A stretch of DNA of 64,000 nt from Squalus acanthias (taxonomy: Eukaryota), in NCBI GenBank assembly GCA_030390025.1, contig CM059438.1, positions 67,520,001 through 67,584,000 of the forward strand, in the 5' to 3' direction. The stretch's first letter is position 1, and each line of letters begins with the position of its first letter. Shown in pieces: positions 12,803-26,189 of this stretch. The position numbers were made by a program, and so were the translations under genes. Below the pieces are notes generated by a model. The model was not told the DNA's origin, searched no databases, and saw only the letters and a list, made by a program, of their open reading frames with translations.

Positions 12803-13150
12803 ACTCCCTCCATCACCGACCCCCCTCCATCCCCTCATGATCACCCATCCCCCCATCCCCCCTCCATCACCGACCCCCCCATCCCTTCGTGATCACTCTC
12901 GACCCCCCCAATCCACCCTCCATCACCGATCCCCCCATCCCCTCGTGATCACCAACCCCCCCCCAATCCCCTCATGATCACCGACCCCCCCATCCCCCCT
13001 CCATCACCGACCCCCATCCCCTCGTGATCACCCCTGACCCCCCTAATCCCCCCTCTATCACTGATCCCCCTCAATCCCCTCGTGATAACCGACCCTCCCA
13101 ATTCCCCCTCCATCACTGACCCCCCCATCCCCTTGTGATCAGCCCCGACC
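12803..13150. repeat. C-rich minisatellite (~45-50 bp unit, CCCTCCATCACCGACCCCCCATCCCCTCGTGATCA-like)
   Basis: About seven imperfect tandem copies are visible. It abuts a Harbinger-like end (...AAATATCGGGGCC, ~13460). Confidence 0.85.
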
Positions 13151-14399
13151 CCCCCCCCCAATCATGTTCTAGCCCCCCCCCCCACCCCCCACTGCGATCA
13201 CTTCCCCCCGCCCCCCCCCCCACCAACACTAACCTTACCTGCTCCTGGGCTGGGGCTTTTTTCGGAGCCTTCCATCTCCGACAGGCAGCCAAGCATGTCA
13301 GTCAGGCTGGCTTTTGGGCAGGGGACCTGGGGAAAAAAATTCAAACACGCCCTGGAGTTAAAACTCCTTGGCGTTCGGGGAATGTGACACTTCCGGGTTC
13401 CCCGACCATAACTCCTCCCCACCCCCGCTCCAAAACCCCACCCCAGTAAATATCGGGGCCCATATAATCCTCGTGTTCTCAAACTACAAGCCCGCTAGCT
13501 CCCAAGAGCAATGCCACAAGAGAGCCACTCGATATCGATATCAATTTACAAATTATTAATTAAGTCACAAAATAATGGGGATGCTTTCCCTGTAAAGTTT
13601 CTACTATTCGTTCCAGCCTGAGGCCTCAAAGAAGCATGACATTTTTTATTCAGAATAAATCAATATTTTTGCTTTTTCATATTTAATGATGCTTTTAAAA
13701 AGAGATGAGTTGGAAGGGGTTGACGCCGTAATGTTTTCCCAGAATGTTGAAGGCAAGAATTTTTAATGGGGCAAATTGACGGAAAGAAAAATGAGCACGA
13801 CACAAAAGGGCCACAAGTAGAGCAATAATGAATGACAAATCAAACGCTTAACGGTGTTTTGTTGCTTTATCTGAAGCGTGACAGGCTCAGTCTACTGCCT
13901 GATTGATTGCTTTTATTGTGAAGCTGCACATTGTAGCGAAGGACATGAAGAGGCGTAACGTTGACATCTAAATTAATGTTGTTTGCTTTTCCCAAGGCAC
14001 TTTCGCCCCCCACCCCCCTCCCCCCCGCTCCCCTCCTATCCTGAAGATGGTGGCTCCTTCCTGGGGTACCAGTCCACAAGCACCATCCATCTTCCAGTTC
14101 CTCACCACGTGACTATTCTTAATGCATTGGGACGGACAATGAGTGTTGCAGGCTGTTTGACCATGGAAGGCACCGCAGTTAAGTCATCTGATTTCTATTG
14201 CTGGATAGTAATCAGGAGCAAGGTCCCTTTCTGATTCCCCCTCCGCCCCCAACCCTCCCTATTTCCTACCCCAACAGCACTTAGATTAATTGTAGCATTC
14301 TACCAAAGCCCCAGGTAAGATCAGCTAACTCAGCACCAACCTGATTACTCCGTTCCACAATAGGGAGTGCACTGAGCAATTAAGGCATTGGAGAACCAA

Positions 14400-14527
14400 C
14401 ACCTGGGAATGTGCTTGACCAAGAACTTTGTACGCAGTTACTTATGGTGGCCAGGTTTAGATAAAGAGATAGAGTACATAGTCAGTCATTATACAACATG
14501 TCAATCAGTGAGCAAGAAACCACCATC
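14400..14527 (+). pseudogene. Ty3/Gypsy integrase zinc-binding-domain fragment
   Basis: Translates HLGMCLTKNFVRSYLWWPGLDKEIEYIVSHYTTCQSVSKKPP, the typical Gypsy HxG...ARSYxWWPxxDxxIE...CxxCQ motif. Confidence 0.85.
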
Positions 14528-14969
14528 CTGTCATATATTTTGCCTCATTCCATATATATAGTCCCACTCCTCTATGTAGTGAAGCTGGTATTTTATGCTT
14601 TGCCTGAGAATGGTTCATTTCTGAAGTATTGTTACTCCCAAAGTTTATGAAACTCCTTAATTCCCTCAGTCTTCCCTTCCTTCTACAATCTGCAAGCTTA
14701 AACTTCTTGATTCACCTCATCTCTCCTACTCTTTCCAACGCTGTTGCCTCTCACTGTGAAGCTTGGCCCTTCACCTAGCTTCCTAAATAGCTTTTATTTT
14801 AAAACTGTGAATCATACTGAATATGGAGCATGAACATCTTTGAACAGTAATGTTTCTCACGGTATTGTTGGCATATTTAACCCCTGAAGATTTGGTGTTA
14901 TGAATGCAGTAGTGCAACTACAATATTTAATGGGCTTGTGGCCGCTACTACTGTTGTTAAAGATTTTAT

Positions 14970-15684
14970 GGGGGAGAAATTCAGTATCGCCCCGTTTGGG
15001 GCACTAACTTTTGAAAGCTGGGAAACTTCGCGCCAGGCGCTAATGATTCCCAGCTTTTGCAAAATTGGCTGTTAGTGCTCCAGGAAGGAAGTGGAGCACT
15101 AAATCAAGCGTCCCACTTCCTTCCTGGAGTGCTAAAGGACGCAGGCGGGGCGGTAGTGGTGCAGTGCTGCCGTGATCCGACCTCCCTTAAAGGGAAGGGC
15201 CATCGCTGCAGGCTCTGCATTGGGACCAGTTAGCTGGTCCCCGACGGCAGCCGCGATCTGGCCCGATCAGCCCCGTGCATTCCAGCAGAGTGCCAGGCTG
15301 ATCGATCGCGGCCCAAGAGCAATCGAAAAAAATAACTTGGAAGGTTGTTACAATTTTTCTCCTGCCCGCGCCAACATCCCCTTTTGTTTGCGCCTCCCCA
15401 GCTCTCGGCCTCCTGCAGCTGTCAGTGTTGTCGCCCAGCGATGCTGCAGAGGGTGGAACCGAAGTTCGGATCCAGGGCGCCACCAGGGCGATGCGCACGG
15501 CAATGACGTCACGATCTCCGGGCACAGAAGATCGTGGTGCAAAGTGTTACCGCCGCCACAAACCTCTCGGCCAATTTAGCTGGAGTCGTTCATTTTGCCG
15601 CGCCCAGTCGGTACGTCGTTGGCATCATGTCATCGCTCCCCGGAGGCGATAACGGGAGGCGCTAAGTTAACGAATTTCTGCCCC
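14970..15684 (+). mobile_element. Harbinger-like MITE, family A
   Basis: TIRs GGGGGAGAAATTC / GAATTTCTGCCCC. Homologous to 1-290, 3950-4278 and 50444-51149. TSD is imperfect. Confidence 0.8.
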
Positions 15685-16944
15685 ATTGTTTATTGAAGCA
15701 CAGCATTTGCAAATTTAGCAGATTAAAGTCAGGGAATATGAAACCTTTCACTGTACTCCGGCACAGTGTTAGCTGAAGTCAAATGGTTTGTAAATGCTCC
15801 AATACAAATAACATTTGTCAGTTAAACTCTTCAAAATTGAATGCATAAGGAACTCTAAAATATCCTCACCGTTGGTCTTTGATTTTGTACATTGTGCTGA
15901 GCGAATAGCTTCCGGTGAAGTCATTGTCATCAGAATTAAGCCTGGTCTAATCTAAATGATTGTAATGAAAAAGACTTGCTCATTACTCAAACATCTTATT
16001 TTGCATTTTGCTAATTATAAAACATCTATTTTCCAATTATTTTTTTCCTCATAAAGGGAGATTTGCTTATCGTAGGTACATAAAATTGTCCGGAATGCTA
16101 AATATTTGATTCAGCAGCAAGTTTTCCCTGCATATTTTATTCAAATTAAAGAGATCAATCAAAATGCAGAAAATAACAGATGGCTTCCAGTGTGTTACTG
16201 GGCTTCACATTCTTTGACTCCTGTTATGTTATTTGTAATTAAGTCTGTTTTTCCAATTATTGTTTTATTGTACGAGTTAATATTTCATAGTTCTTATTTC
16301 AATAAGTTCTGTTAACTCTTTCTGAATCTTTCTCCAGCCATTATAAGCTCATAGATAAGCAAAGCATTAAGATGCCAGCCCCAGGTTTCCATGGACGGCA
16401 ATCTCGGCACTTGTGCCTGCCAGTGTATGGGGACCATGGGTAGAATTGGCACTTGGGGCCTGTCTGCCCTATTCCAGTGTAAATTCAACTGACTGCCCGT
16501 CTGTGGCCGGGGGTTGGCGGGGGGGGCCTGTTGGAATGTCTGGACACTCCACACCCTGCCCGATCTTAACAGCGCTCCGATCGTCCCCAAGCAAGATGGC
16601 TGACCCAGGAAATTAAACAAAAAATCCCTCTCCAGGGGATTCAAGCCACTTGCCAGGCCTGGACCTCACTGGTGAGACCCACATGTGCCCTTGGTAAGGT
16701 CAACACAGCTCATCTCACCTGGCCTACCAGCTGTCTGACATGCCGGTCCCCATCTAAGGCCAGGAGCAGGAAATCCTGGTTTAGGGAGCCCCTCCCCTTG
16801 GACTGTCATTTGCCTTGTAAGGTCTGGACAGAAGTTCTGCCCCATACAACCCAAAACACCCATAAACCGCAGATATCTGATGTAACTCGGTCCACCCCAC
16901 ATCCTTGTGGTTCCACTGGTCTCCAGTGGAAGTTACAGAGTGAG

Positions 16945-17400
16945 ACAACAACAACTTGTATTTATATAGTGCCTTTAACGTAGTAAAATGTCCCAAGATG
17001 CTTCACAGGAGCGTTATCAAACAAAATTTGACGCCAAGCTACAGAGGGAGATATTACAGCAGGTGACCAAAAGCTTGCTCAAAGAGGTAGGTTTTAAGGA
17101 GCATCTTAAGGGAGGATGGAGAGGTGGAGAGGTTTAGGGATGGAATTTCGAAGCTTAGGGCCTTGGCAGCTGAAGGCACGGCCACCAATGGTGGAGCGCT
17201 TAAAATCGGGCTGCTCAAGAGGCCAGAATTAGAGGAGCGCAGATATCTCGGAGGGTTGTGGGGCTGAAGGAGATTACAGAGATAGGGAGGGGCGAGGCCA
17301 TGGAGGGATTTGAAAACAAGGATGAGATTTTTTAAATCGTGGTATTGCTTAACCGGGGTGCCAATGTAGGTCAGCGAGCACAGGGGTGATGGATGAACGG
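16945..17400 (-). mobile_element. L2-clade LINE 3' fragment
   Basis: Homologous to 52623-52919. 3' tail is the reverse complement of ...CTATATAAATACAAGTTGTTGTTG. Confidence 0.85.
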
Positions 17401-18302
17401 GTGCTGTTGCTCCCTATTGGAACTTTGTCCTTCTTTAAGATGAAATAATTTCAAACTTTTCTGCAATTTACCCAGTACCAGCATTAACTGAAGTTTAAGT
17501 ACCACAACAGTAACAAAAGGAATTGGGCTGGAATTTGCGGTGGGTAATAATGGCGAATTTACAGCGTTTGCCGTTATCACGCCTTTGAAACTGACCACAA
17601 CATCAGGATGTAGTGCATGCCCATCTGAACGCAGGAATTTTGAAGTTGCAGTCAATAATTCACTGCTCCGACACTGGCTGCACTGTGCTTAAAACTAATT
17701 TATGGGTTGTGAGGTGCTTTGGGACGTCCTGAGGATGTGATAAGGTCTTATATAAATGCACTCCTTTTCTCTTAATGCTAGTGTTTTTATTTTGCCCTAT
17801 TCTTGGGCCAGCCTGCAAACAGGTGAGAGCATGTGTCAAATTTTAACCTTTTCATCCTGGTGCTGCTGGCACTAAAGACAATACTTCAATATACTAACCC
17901 TGTAATATTGGGCTGAGTATTGATACAGTCTTGGTGAATGCATAGCTGAGCAGCAGGTTTAATGTTCTCCATTAAGTGATGGTATGCGGGTCACCTTCAT
18001 GTTTTGTAGGGCGCGGTCCCTATTTCAGTTGAATCATTGTTGACAGAAATGGAAAAAGGGACGTTGGTTCTGAGTGAAGCTGAGGCACTTGTCACAGGGA
18101 AGAAAGAAACATCAGTTGGGCGTGTTTCCATCCAACTCTTAACTGCTAGTTACTGAACAGCATTGACAAAATCTGGAAATAGGCTTGCTTATGTTCTACC
18201 TTAAACACAGGATGAAAAATTTATTGTTGCCCCCCAAAATTAGTTTTCATTAACTGGTGCTACCAGTGCACTATGAAGACATCTATTTGTAATACAGATA
18301 AC

Positions 18303-18810
18303 ACAACAACTTGCAATTATATAGCGCCTTTAACGTAGTAAAACATCCCAAGGCACGGCACAGAAGCAATTATCAAAAAAAAATTGACACCAAGCCACAT
18401 AAAGTGATACTTGGTCAAGGAGATAGGTTTTAAGGGGCGTCTTAAAGGAGGAGAGAGACGTAAAAAGGTGGAGAGATTTAGGGAGGGAATTACAGAGCTT
18501 AGTGCCTAGGCAGCTGAAGGCTGGAGCAGTGGCAGAGCAAAGAAAATCAGAGATGCACTAGAGGCTAGAATTGGAGGAGCGCAGAGATCTCGGGGGGGTT
18601 GTAGGGCTGGAGGAGAGATAGGAAGGGGCGAGGCCATGGAGGGATTTGAAAACAAGAATGAGAATTTAAAAATCGAGACGTTGGCGGTCCGGTAGCCAAA
18701 GCAGGTCACCGAGCACAGGGGTGCCGTGTGAACGGGACTTTGTGCGAGTTAGGATGCGGGCACCAAAGTTTTGGATGAGCTCGAGTTTACAGAGGGTGCA
18801 AGGTGGTTGA
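18303..18810 (-). mobile_element. L2-clade LINE 3' fragment
   Basis: Second copy of the same L2 3' region (GGCGAGGCCATGGAGGGATTTGAAAACAAG). Confidence 0.85.
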
Positions 18811-18949
18811 CTAGCCTAGAGCATCAGAGATAATGATAAGCTCAATAATGAGTATGTCATAACTTGCGTTATAAAAGCAATATGATTTGATCTCCAGAAT
18901 CTGCCTAAAAACAATTATTTCACCCCCGCCAAAAAATTATTAAAACACA

Positions 18950-20262
18950 GGGCGCGATTTTCCCAATGGAGGCGGGTTTCGGTTTGGGTGGGTTCCAAAC
19001 CCGCCTCCACTGAGAGGTGGGAAACATTTGTGATTTTCCCCTAATTTCAGAGGTGTGAGTTCCCCTGGGCCAATTAGTGTTTTGGGACTGAAACTCGCCT
19101 CTGCTGACGTCACTTATCCAGCTTCATTTAAGGGCTGCTTGCTGCCTTGGCTCATTGCACTGGTTTTTGGTCGATGCTGCACCACCTCCAAGCTGTTATC
19201 TCCTTGAAGAATGGCCAGCTCCCAGGCAAGGACCTCCCAAAGGAACCAAGGCTGTGTGGGTCCAGCTGGCAAGGGATATAACCTCCAGATCTGTGTGCAG
19301 ATTGGGTGATTGTTTCTGTTTGTTGATGAAATGCCATCCCTGTGGGAATGTATTAAAATTAGGTGATGGCAAACTGTTGGCGTGATGGCATCTGTTATTT
19401 CGGCTTAGGCAGCTCCACATTGCGGGCTCCGTGACACTTGCATGGTCAGGTTGGTGGTCAGAGTGAAAGGAGGCCAGAGAATCATGTCCATTGTCTATCA
19501 TGTGTTAAGAAGGAGCCAAGCACATGTGCCACAATGGGCAATCTATGCAAATCTGGCCAGGATGAGTGCATTCCTTGCACGACGTGCTTCCATGCGCTGG
19601 CGCTTCTGCCCTGTGCAGCATCAGGTGAGTGAGCAGGAGGTTGGGGCTCCTGCTGCTGTTGCTGCTAAGCTGCCTGGTTCTGCTGCTGCTGTGGCTGCTC
19701 CTCATCCGAATCTGAGGTCCATGGTGAAAGGAAATAAATGGTTCCCATGCTGTTGGCAGATACCTCCGTTGGGGAAGCACTCAGTCCAAGCGGGGAGAGG
19801 GTCTTTCAAGGAGGTCCCACAGTTGAGAGCACCTCCGACTTCGGTAGGCCTGCTAAAAGTGCTGAAAGACCTTTGGAACAAAAGTTCTGCCATCTGCAAC
19901 TGCTCCCTGATGAAAGCTCCATTTTAATGGTGGAGCTGCAGCTGTGAGGAGGCCACCCACTTGTCAACCTGCCAGGATTAGCTGGCGTGGTTTAGGAGGG
20001 TCATGCAACACGCTGAAAATGTGGTAAAATAACAAATGCTTGTCAAAATAGGATTATAGAGGTCCTTAACTACTATTTAAAGGTCTTAACTACCTCTCCC
20101 GACTGATGGAGGCGGGACCGAATCGCACCCATCAAACCCACCTCCGGCAAAATTGCGCGGAGGCGGGTTGGAGGCGGGTTCCGAACCCGCCCTCAATTTT
20201 TGCCAATTTGCCAACTGTCCCGCCTCCAAACCCACCTCCTCGGGGCTGGGAAAATCGCCCCC
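18950..20262 (+). mobile_element. Internally deleted Harbinger element with Myb/SANT-like remnant (+, ~19170-19300) and transposase 5' remnant (-, ~19380-19750)
   Basis: TIRs GGGCGCGATTTTCCCA / TGGGAAAATCGCCCCC with TSD ACA/ACA. Peptide PPKGTKAVWVQLARDITSRSV resembles the Myb-like ORF at 32266-32530. Confidence 0.8.
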
Positions 20263-22386
20263 ACATATTGGGAAATGACGCATCCTCAGCCTTTGATTTT
20301 CTGTCTACTAATTTTAATTGGACGAAAAGTCGCAGGCAGAGAGTGAGAGGTTTCTAGCACTCCCGCCAAGTGCCTGGAGTGTCCAGGTGTGAAATCTCTT
20401 CCTGAATCTCTTGATCTGCACTTCTATTTTGGAATCAGGACTTTAAGGCATTATTGGCCCAGATTTTCCCAGATTCTACACCGCAAATTTAGCCGTCTAA
20501 TGCACCAATCGCACTGACGATAACTCACTCCTAAGCTGTGAAGAGAGGCGCACTGAATTGAATTTGTTTTAGTTGGATGAAGGTTAAGAGGGACCAGGAT
20601 TGAGTCCTCTAAAATGCTGAGAGGAGTAGACAATATACACATGTATTTAACTTGAACTATTTTGAAGCTGACTAAGAATTAGAGAGCCTCAAATGAGACT
20701 CAAGATTAACAGCTATGTTTCTCACCAAGGATTGATGGATATGTGGAATCGACTCCCTAGAAAACCAATTAAAACTCTGTTGACTAACTCCTCCCAGAAA
20801 AAAGACGGCTTGAGATTGGGACTGAGGGTTATAAGGCACAGATGGTCAAATAATCGATAGAATGACTTGGGTGATTCTAGGATCATGGATATGTCACATG
20901 TAGAAAGCAATTGATTACAATGTTTTAATGCGAACAGCAGCGTTGGATATTCTTAATCTTCTGGGGTTTTGTTTGATTACCTTTGGAGAGGTAGAGAATA
21001 TTCAGAGTGATATCTTACCTTTTGAAGTTTACTTGAAGTTGGACAGGGCTTGCGCGAGTTAGGTAGAACCCTTGACAGAGCAAATTGGACATGATATGTG
21101 GAGGAAAGTGAATCAATGGATCAAATGTTCTTTTCTTATTCCATACTTTTTTCTTAGTTTTAGACCAAACAAAAGGTAGAATTTGCCAAAATAGCTAACT
21201 GAGTGACATCTGGATTGAAAGTCTTAACCGCTAAACATTGTTCTTAACATCATTAGTCAAATTATTTTCATAGTTTCTCCTCATATTATATTTACACCAC
21301 TACTGTAATAACAAGGAAATAACTGTCATTTTTGAAAGGTTAGACAAATATTCAGGAATCCTGCTGAACCTATTATTTTGCCAGCATTGTTTCTGGGTCA
21401 TGAGAAGCTATCATTTCAGATATAATACAACATAAAATGTTATGATATACACTGTATATTGAATGTATTTTCTGTACTAAAGGTTCATGATGTCACCTAT
21501 TTATCAACTCACTGCAAGACATCAGGGATAAGAAGGAAAGGAAGGTTCCTTATTTGGACCATCCAGCTGTGGTGGTCTCACTGTGCGCATGGCCTCCTGT
21601 GGATGATGAATGCATGGTTCCCTTTGCTAGCAACAGGTGTTCCACCATCACTTATGTCCATTGCTTTTTGACCCAATATTTTTCTCTCTGAGATAAAAGC
21701 AAGGTAATAAAGAACATGACATTGGAAAAGAGGACACAATTTTAGAACTGACTTGATCCTTGGGATTCAGCAGTTCCAACATGATTGTATTTAAGTGCAG
21801 AATTTCAACTCCATCTTGAAAGTTGCGAGGAGACAGTTCAATCCTCCATTCAAGAGGAAGTAAAGATAAAGATGTATCTCATAAAAAATTACTGTTTCCT
21901 CAATATTTCCTCCCAAAAATGACTATTGATTTAAGCATGAAACTATGTATAATAGGAGAGCACTCCTTCTTAAGGGTAACAATACCTTGTGAGCTCTCAC
22001 GGTTCAGAGCTCCCCCTGTGCTTTATTAACAAGTTTTAATTTCACTGGGGAACTGGATAACACCGTAGGGCAAAGTAATGTCTTTTTTTTCACCTCTGAG
22101 CTATGGATCCCAATAAAGACAAAACTGATAGTTTCAAGCTGCGCTCTCTATAATGTCTGTAATGTCCAAAATGAAATGAATCTGGGCTGACGGGACCACG
22201 TTTGTTGCGTCAACAACACAAAGCAATTTGTAACGCTGTTTTAGAGTTTATACCATACCAGACTAATCGGCATTCCTTCACAGAAAAGAGTCAAGGATGG
22301 CTGGTACGCAAACTGGAATTGCTTAACAGGTACAAGTCATAGGTGCTCTTTTGTTTTTGGGTTCAGTGCAGACCAATGGGATCGTC

Positions 22387-22863
22387 ATAGAATCATATAG
22401 AATCTTACAGCACAGAAGGAGGCCATTTGACACATCATGCCTGTGTTGGTCGGCTTGCGAAAGAGAAAGATGGAATCAACTTTCACCCAAAATGCTAACC
22501 TTTGTTTCTCTTTCAGATGCTGGGTATTTACAGCCTTCTGTATTTTTCAGAATTTGTTACTTTTTTCTTTTTATCTCTGGCAAAAGAACTGGGGTGGTGG
22601 GGTGGAGGGGGGGTGGGGAGATGAAGAGAATTTATTTTTTACACAGCGGGTTGTTACGATCTGGAATGCATTGCCTGAAAGGGTGGTGGAAGCAGATTCA
22701 ATCGGAACTTTCAAAAGAGAATTGGACATATACTTGAAAAGGAAAATTTGCAAGGCTATGGGGAACGAGCAACAGAGTGGGACTAATTGGATAGGTCTTT
22801 CAAACAGCTGGCACAGGCACGATGGGCCCAATGGCTTCCTTCTGTGCTGTAAGATTCTATGAT
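22387..22863. mobile_element. Two CR1 3' ends in opposite orientation around a short Penelope-type fragment
   Basis: 22387-22455 is the minus-strand CR1 tail. 22620-22863 is on the plus strand: FFTQRVVTIWNALPERVVEA, ending GATTCTATGAT. Confidence 0.75.
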
Positions 22864-24017
22864 GGGGTAGTGCTCAGGGAGTTTTGCTGTGCATTTGGGC
22901 AGCACTATAGCTAATCTGACACTGATGCTGGATACCATGGGGGAAAAGGGTTCTATTAATAGCAGTAACATCCCTCACCTTGACACGCACAAAAATTACC
23001 TGAAGGGGAAGAAACTCGGCTGTTTGTTCTCCCCAACGTATTGTGAAGGTCGAATTAGTGGCAGATGCCAAGATGCTTATTCATGGAACAATGTACTCGT
23101 ATTTTACAACTCCACCATTTACTAAGTTGACAATGGGGACATTTGACAATGAACTTAGCACAAGGATGCCCAGGTCAGCCCCACCCAGTCCGTACTTCTA
23201 ACACGCATTCCGAATTATGCTGAAATAATCGTGATTCTGTCATGATAAGTTACCTACAGTGAGCGTGCATATGCTCCTCTAAAATCTTACAACATGATGA
23301 TTTATCACGTCCCCCTTTGAAAGGATGCGTTTTTGCTATGAAGTGATCCGTAAACTTTGTTTCGCTTCTGCACATCATTTTCTTTGCCTAACACTAGTTA
23401 TATTATTTTGGGTTGATATCATTGCTCTTTGTAAATAAATGAAGAAAAGTTCACCGATTACTTTCTTGATATGTTTTGTCTGTCACAAAAGTGCGTGCCA
23501 TTCCTCCATTGTATATTTTATGTTTCATTTCCTTTGGTTTCTGAGGTGCACAGCCCCACATCCCTTGAAGTGGGTGCAGTATTTCAAGTTGCTCATGCAG
23601 AATATTGTAATGTATGTTCACACACATTTGCTTACTGCAGTCTCCTTTTTGTTCTCGTACCTTCTGTGTGCCACTGACAATATTAAATGTGAAATAATAG
23701 ATAATTGTCTGCAGCCAACAAGACTAGAATTCAAATGAGCAATTCCAATAAACTGTGAGGGCAAAACTCAAACAATTCATGTCCATCAGCAGAGCTACAT
23801 GGTTGAATAACTGCCTTAAACTTCTCTGGGAATTTGCTATCGACTACAATATATTGAATAAGTTCTTGATTTTTCCCCCCCTTTTTTCTTTCTATGGTAT
23901 TGGATGTGCGATTGTGCTATAGAGTTGGTGTGCTGCAGTTTAAAGGGAAAATATATTGATAATGCTGCTATAATTGTACTGTAAGTGTCATTTTATTTCA
24001 GTACTGCATTACCAGTA

Positions 24018-24760
24018 GTGCCAGCCTTGGCACAGTGGTAGCATTCTCAACTCTGGGTCAGAAGGTCGTGAGTTCAAGTCCCATTCCAGAGACTTGAGCA
24101 CATAATCTAGGTTGACGCTCCAGTTCAGTACTAAGGAGGCGCTGACTTCTGGATGAGATGTTAAACTGAGGCCCTGCCTGCCCTCTCAGGAGGACACAAA
24201 AGATCCCATGGCACTATTTCGGAGAAGAGCAAGGGAGTTGTCCAGGACAATATTTATCTCTCAACCAAAATCACAAAAACAGATGATCTGGTCATTATCA
24301 CATTGGGAGCTTGCTGTGTGCCAATTTCCTGCCGTGTTTTCCTACATTACGGTGGCATAGTGGTTAGCACTGTTGCCTCACAGCGCCAGGGACCCAGGTT
24401 CGAATCCGGCCTCGGGTGACTGTCTGTGTGGAGTTTGCACATTCTCCCCGTGTCTGCGTGGGTTTCCTCCGGGTGCTCCGGTTTCCTCCCACAGTCCAAA
24501 GATGTGCGGGTTAGGTTGATTTGGCTACGATAAATTGACCCTTAGTGTTAGGGGGGATTAAATACGTGGGGTTACGGGGATAGGGTGGGATATGCGTCGG
24601 TGCAGGCTCGATGGGCCGAAATGGCCTCTATCTGCACTGTGGGGATTCTGTGATTCTGTGATTACAACAATGACTGCACTTCAAAAAAGTGCTTCAGCGG
24701 CTTTAAAGCATTATGGGACGTCCTGAGGTCATGAAGGGCGCTACACAAATGCTGTTCTTC
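24018..24760 (+). mobile_element. Near full-length DeuSINE (SacSINE1-like), interrupted by a V-SINE
   Basis: tRNA-like A/B boxes (TGGCACAGTGG; GAGTTCAAGTCC), Deu core (GGATGAGATGTTAAACTGAGG...AAAGATCCCATGGCACTATT) and an L2-like tail. Confidence 0.85.
24351..24660 (+). mobile_element. V-SINE (HE1-like), nested
   Basis: tRNA head GGTGGCATAGTGGTTAGC...GGTTCGAATCC. V-domain TGTGTGGAGTTTGCACATTCTCCCCGTGTCTGCGTGGGTTTCCTCCGGGTGCTCCGGTTTCCTCCCACAGTCCAAAGA. CR1-like tail (GATTCTGT)n. TSD ATTAC. Confidence 0.9.
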
Positions 24761-26189
24761 TATCAGTGAATAAACTACAGACTATGTTGTAGGTTTTGTC
24801 CTTTTTCAAGATAATAAAACAATAAGGGCATCGAAGAGCAATTGGTACGTATCATAATTACGGCAAATAAATGAGAGATGACAGATACTCTGCAGGGGTT
24901 ATGTCTGTTCACAGGGCATCATAAAGACTATGGTTATTCAATAGAAGTCAAAGCAACGACTAAGGCTGGGGATTTACAGTGCCATTGGGCTACGACACTG
25001 CCTTTTGTTAAAATTTTAATAATAAAAATAAAAATACCATCCATTTCACACGATCGCCAAAAGTTAAAACTACCGTCCCCCTGAAATTTGCATTCTAAAT
25101 GAAGGGAGACCTGGCCTGGATGAGTAGTTGCTTGAAATGAGCAAGAATATAAACAGCCGGGAGACCGTTCTGTACGTGTTCCTAAAATCGACGCACATTT
25201 GCGCCCAATTCTTGCAGCTCAAGTGACCCCCCAATCCTTAACGGTTAAACTGGACGTTTGTTCTTTCCTTGTCATTGCCAGTGCGTCCAGGTACACTGTA
25301 ACTGCAGTTTTTATGGTTCAGTTGCTTCAAGCAATTAAGGTAGATTGACTGAGCTTTCTCCAACCTTTACTAAAAACAGAGGCTGTTTATCATTGTGTCA
25401 GAACATTGGCAGAATGGAAAAAAAAAATCTAAATTTGCTAGGTGACTGAGCTTCATATGCTTGAGTGGAGTCTATAGACTTTGTGTGGAACGTGAGGCAT
25501 AAGGTTGAAAGCAAAGCCGCAGCCAAAGAAATTGCCAGTTTAGAGAAAGTTACTAAATCAAATCAATTTTGCTTGCTATACCCTTGCATCTGTGTTTAAG
25601 AATTTAATCCTTTAAAAGGCCAATTTCATTTCCAGCACCTGGCAGTGCTGATTTTCTTCTGCAGTCCAGCACTTCTGATCACAAAGTGACTGACCTCTTT
25701 GACTTTCCAAACACATTGTCATGAATATTAAGTTATGACTTCTATTTTGTTTGTAGTAGTGTTTGTTGGGTAGAGTTGAGAAAAAAGACTGATCATCTCA
25801 CTTTCTATTGGCAATGTACAGGCTGCAACTGGCTCTTCCAACTCAGGCTTGCTGCAGGAATTCCTATTGAAAAGGACTGCGACTTTTTTTTTTTCTGTAC
25901 TTCTGTGCAAGATCAGTTTTCCATTTCTCTCCGTATCTTCTTAAGAATCTTGGGGGCAAACCGGGACCTCATTCTGCCAGCTTTCTGGGAACGAAGCGGG
26001 TCCAGAGTCTGCCAAGGTGCTGTTACCAATCGCACGTGACAGAAACGTATCAGAAGTACATCGGTCGTCATATAGCTGCCCATTAGGCCAATGACGCCAA
26101 GCACTTATGAAAGAAGTGTGCAACCACTTTCAAGACACTATTTCTTACACTCGCCTTGCATCAGTTTCACGTAACACCACGTATAGTAT

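Noticed and set aside
24351..24420. tRNA gene
   Set aside because: A/B boxes continue directly into a V-SINE body and tail. The same applies to heads at 6030, 9012 and 24018.
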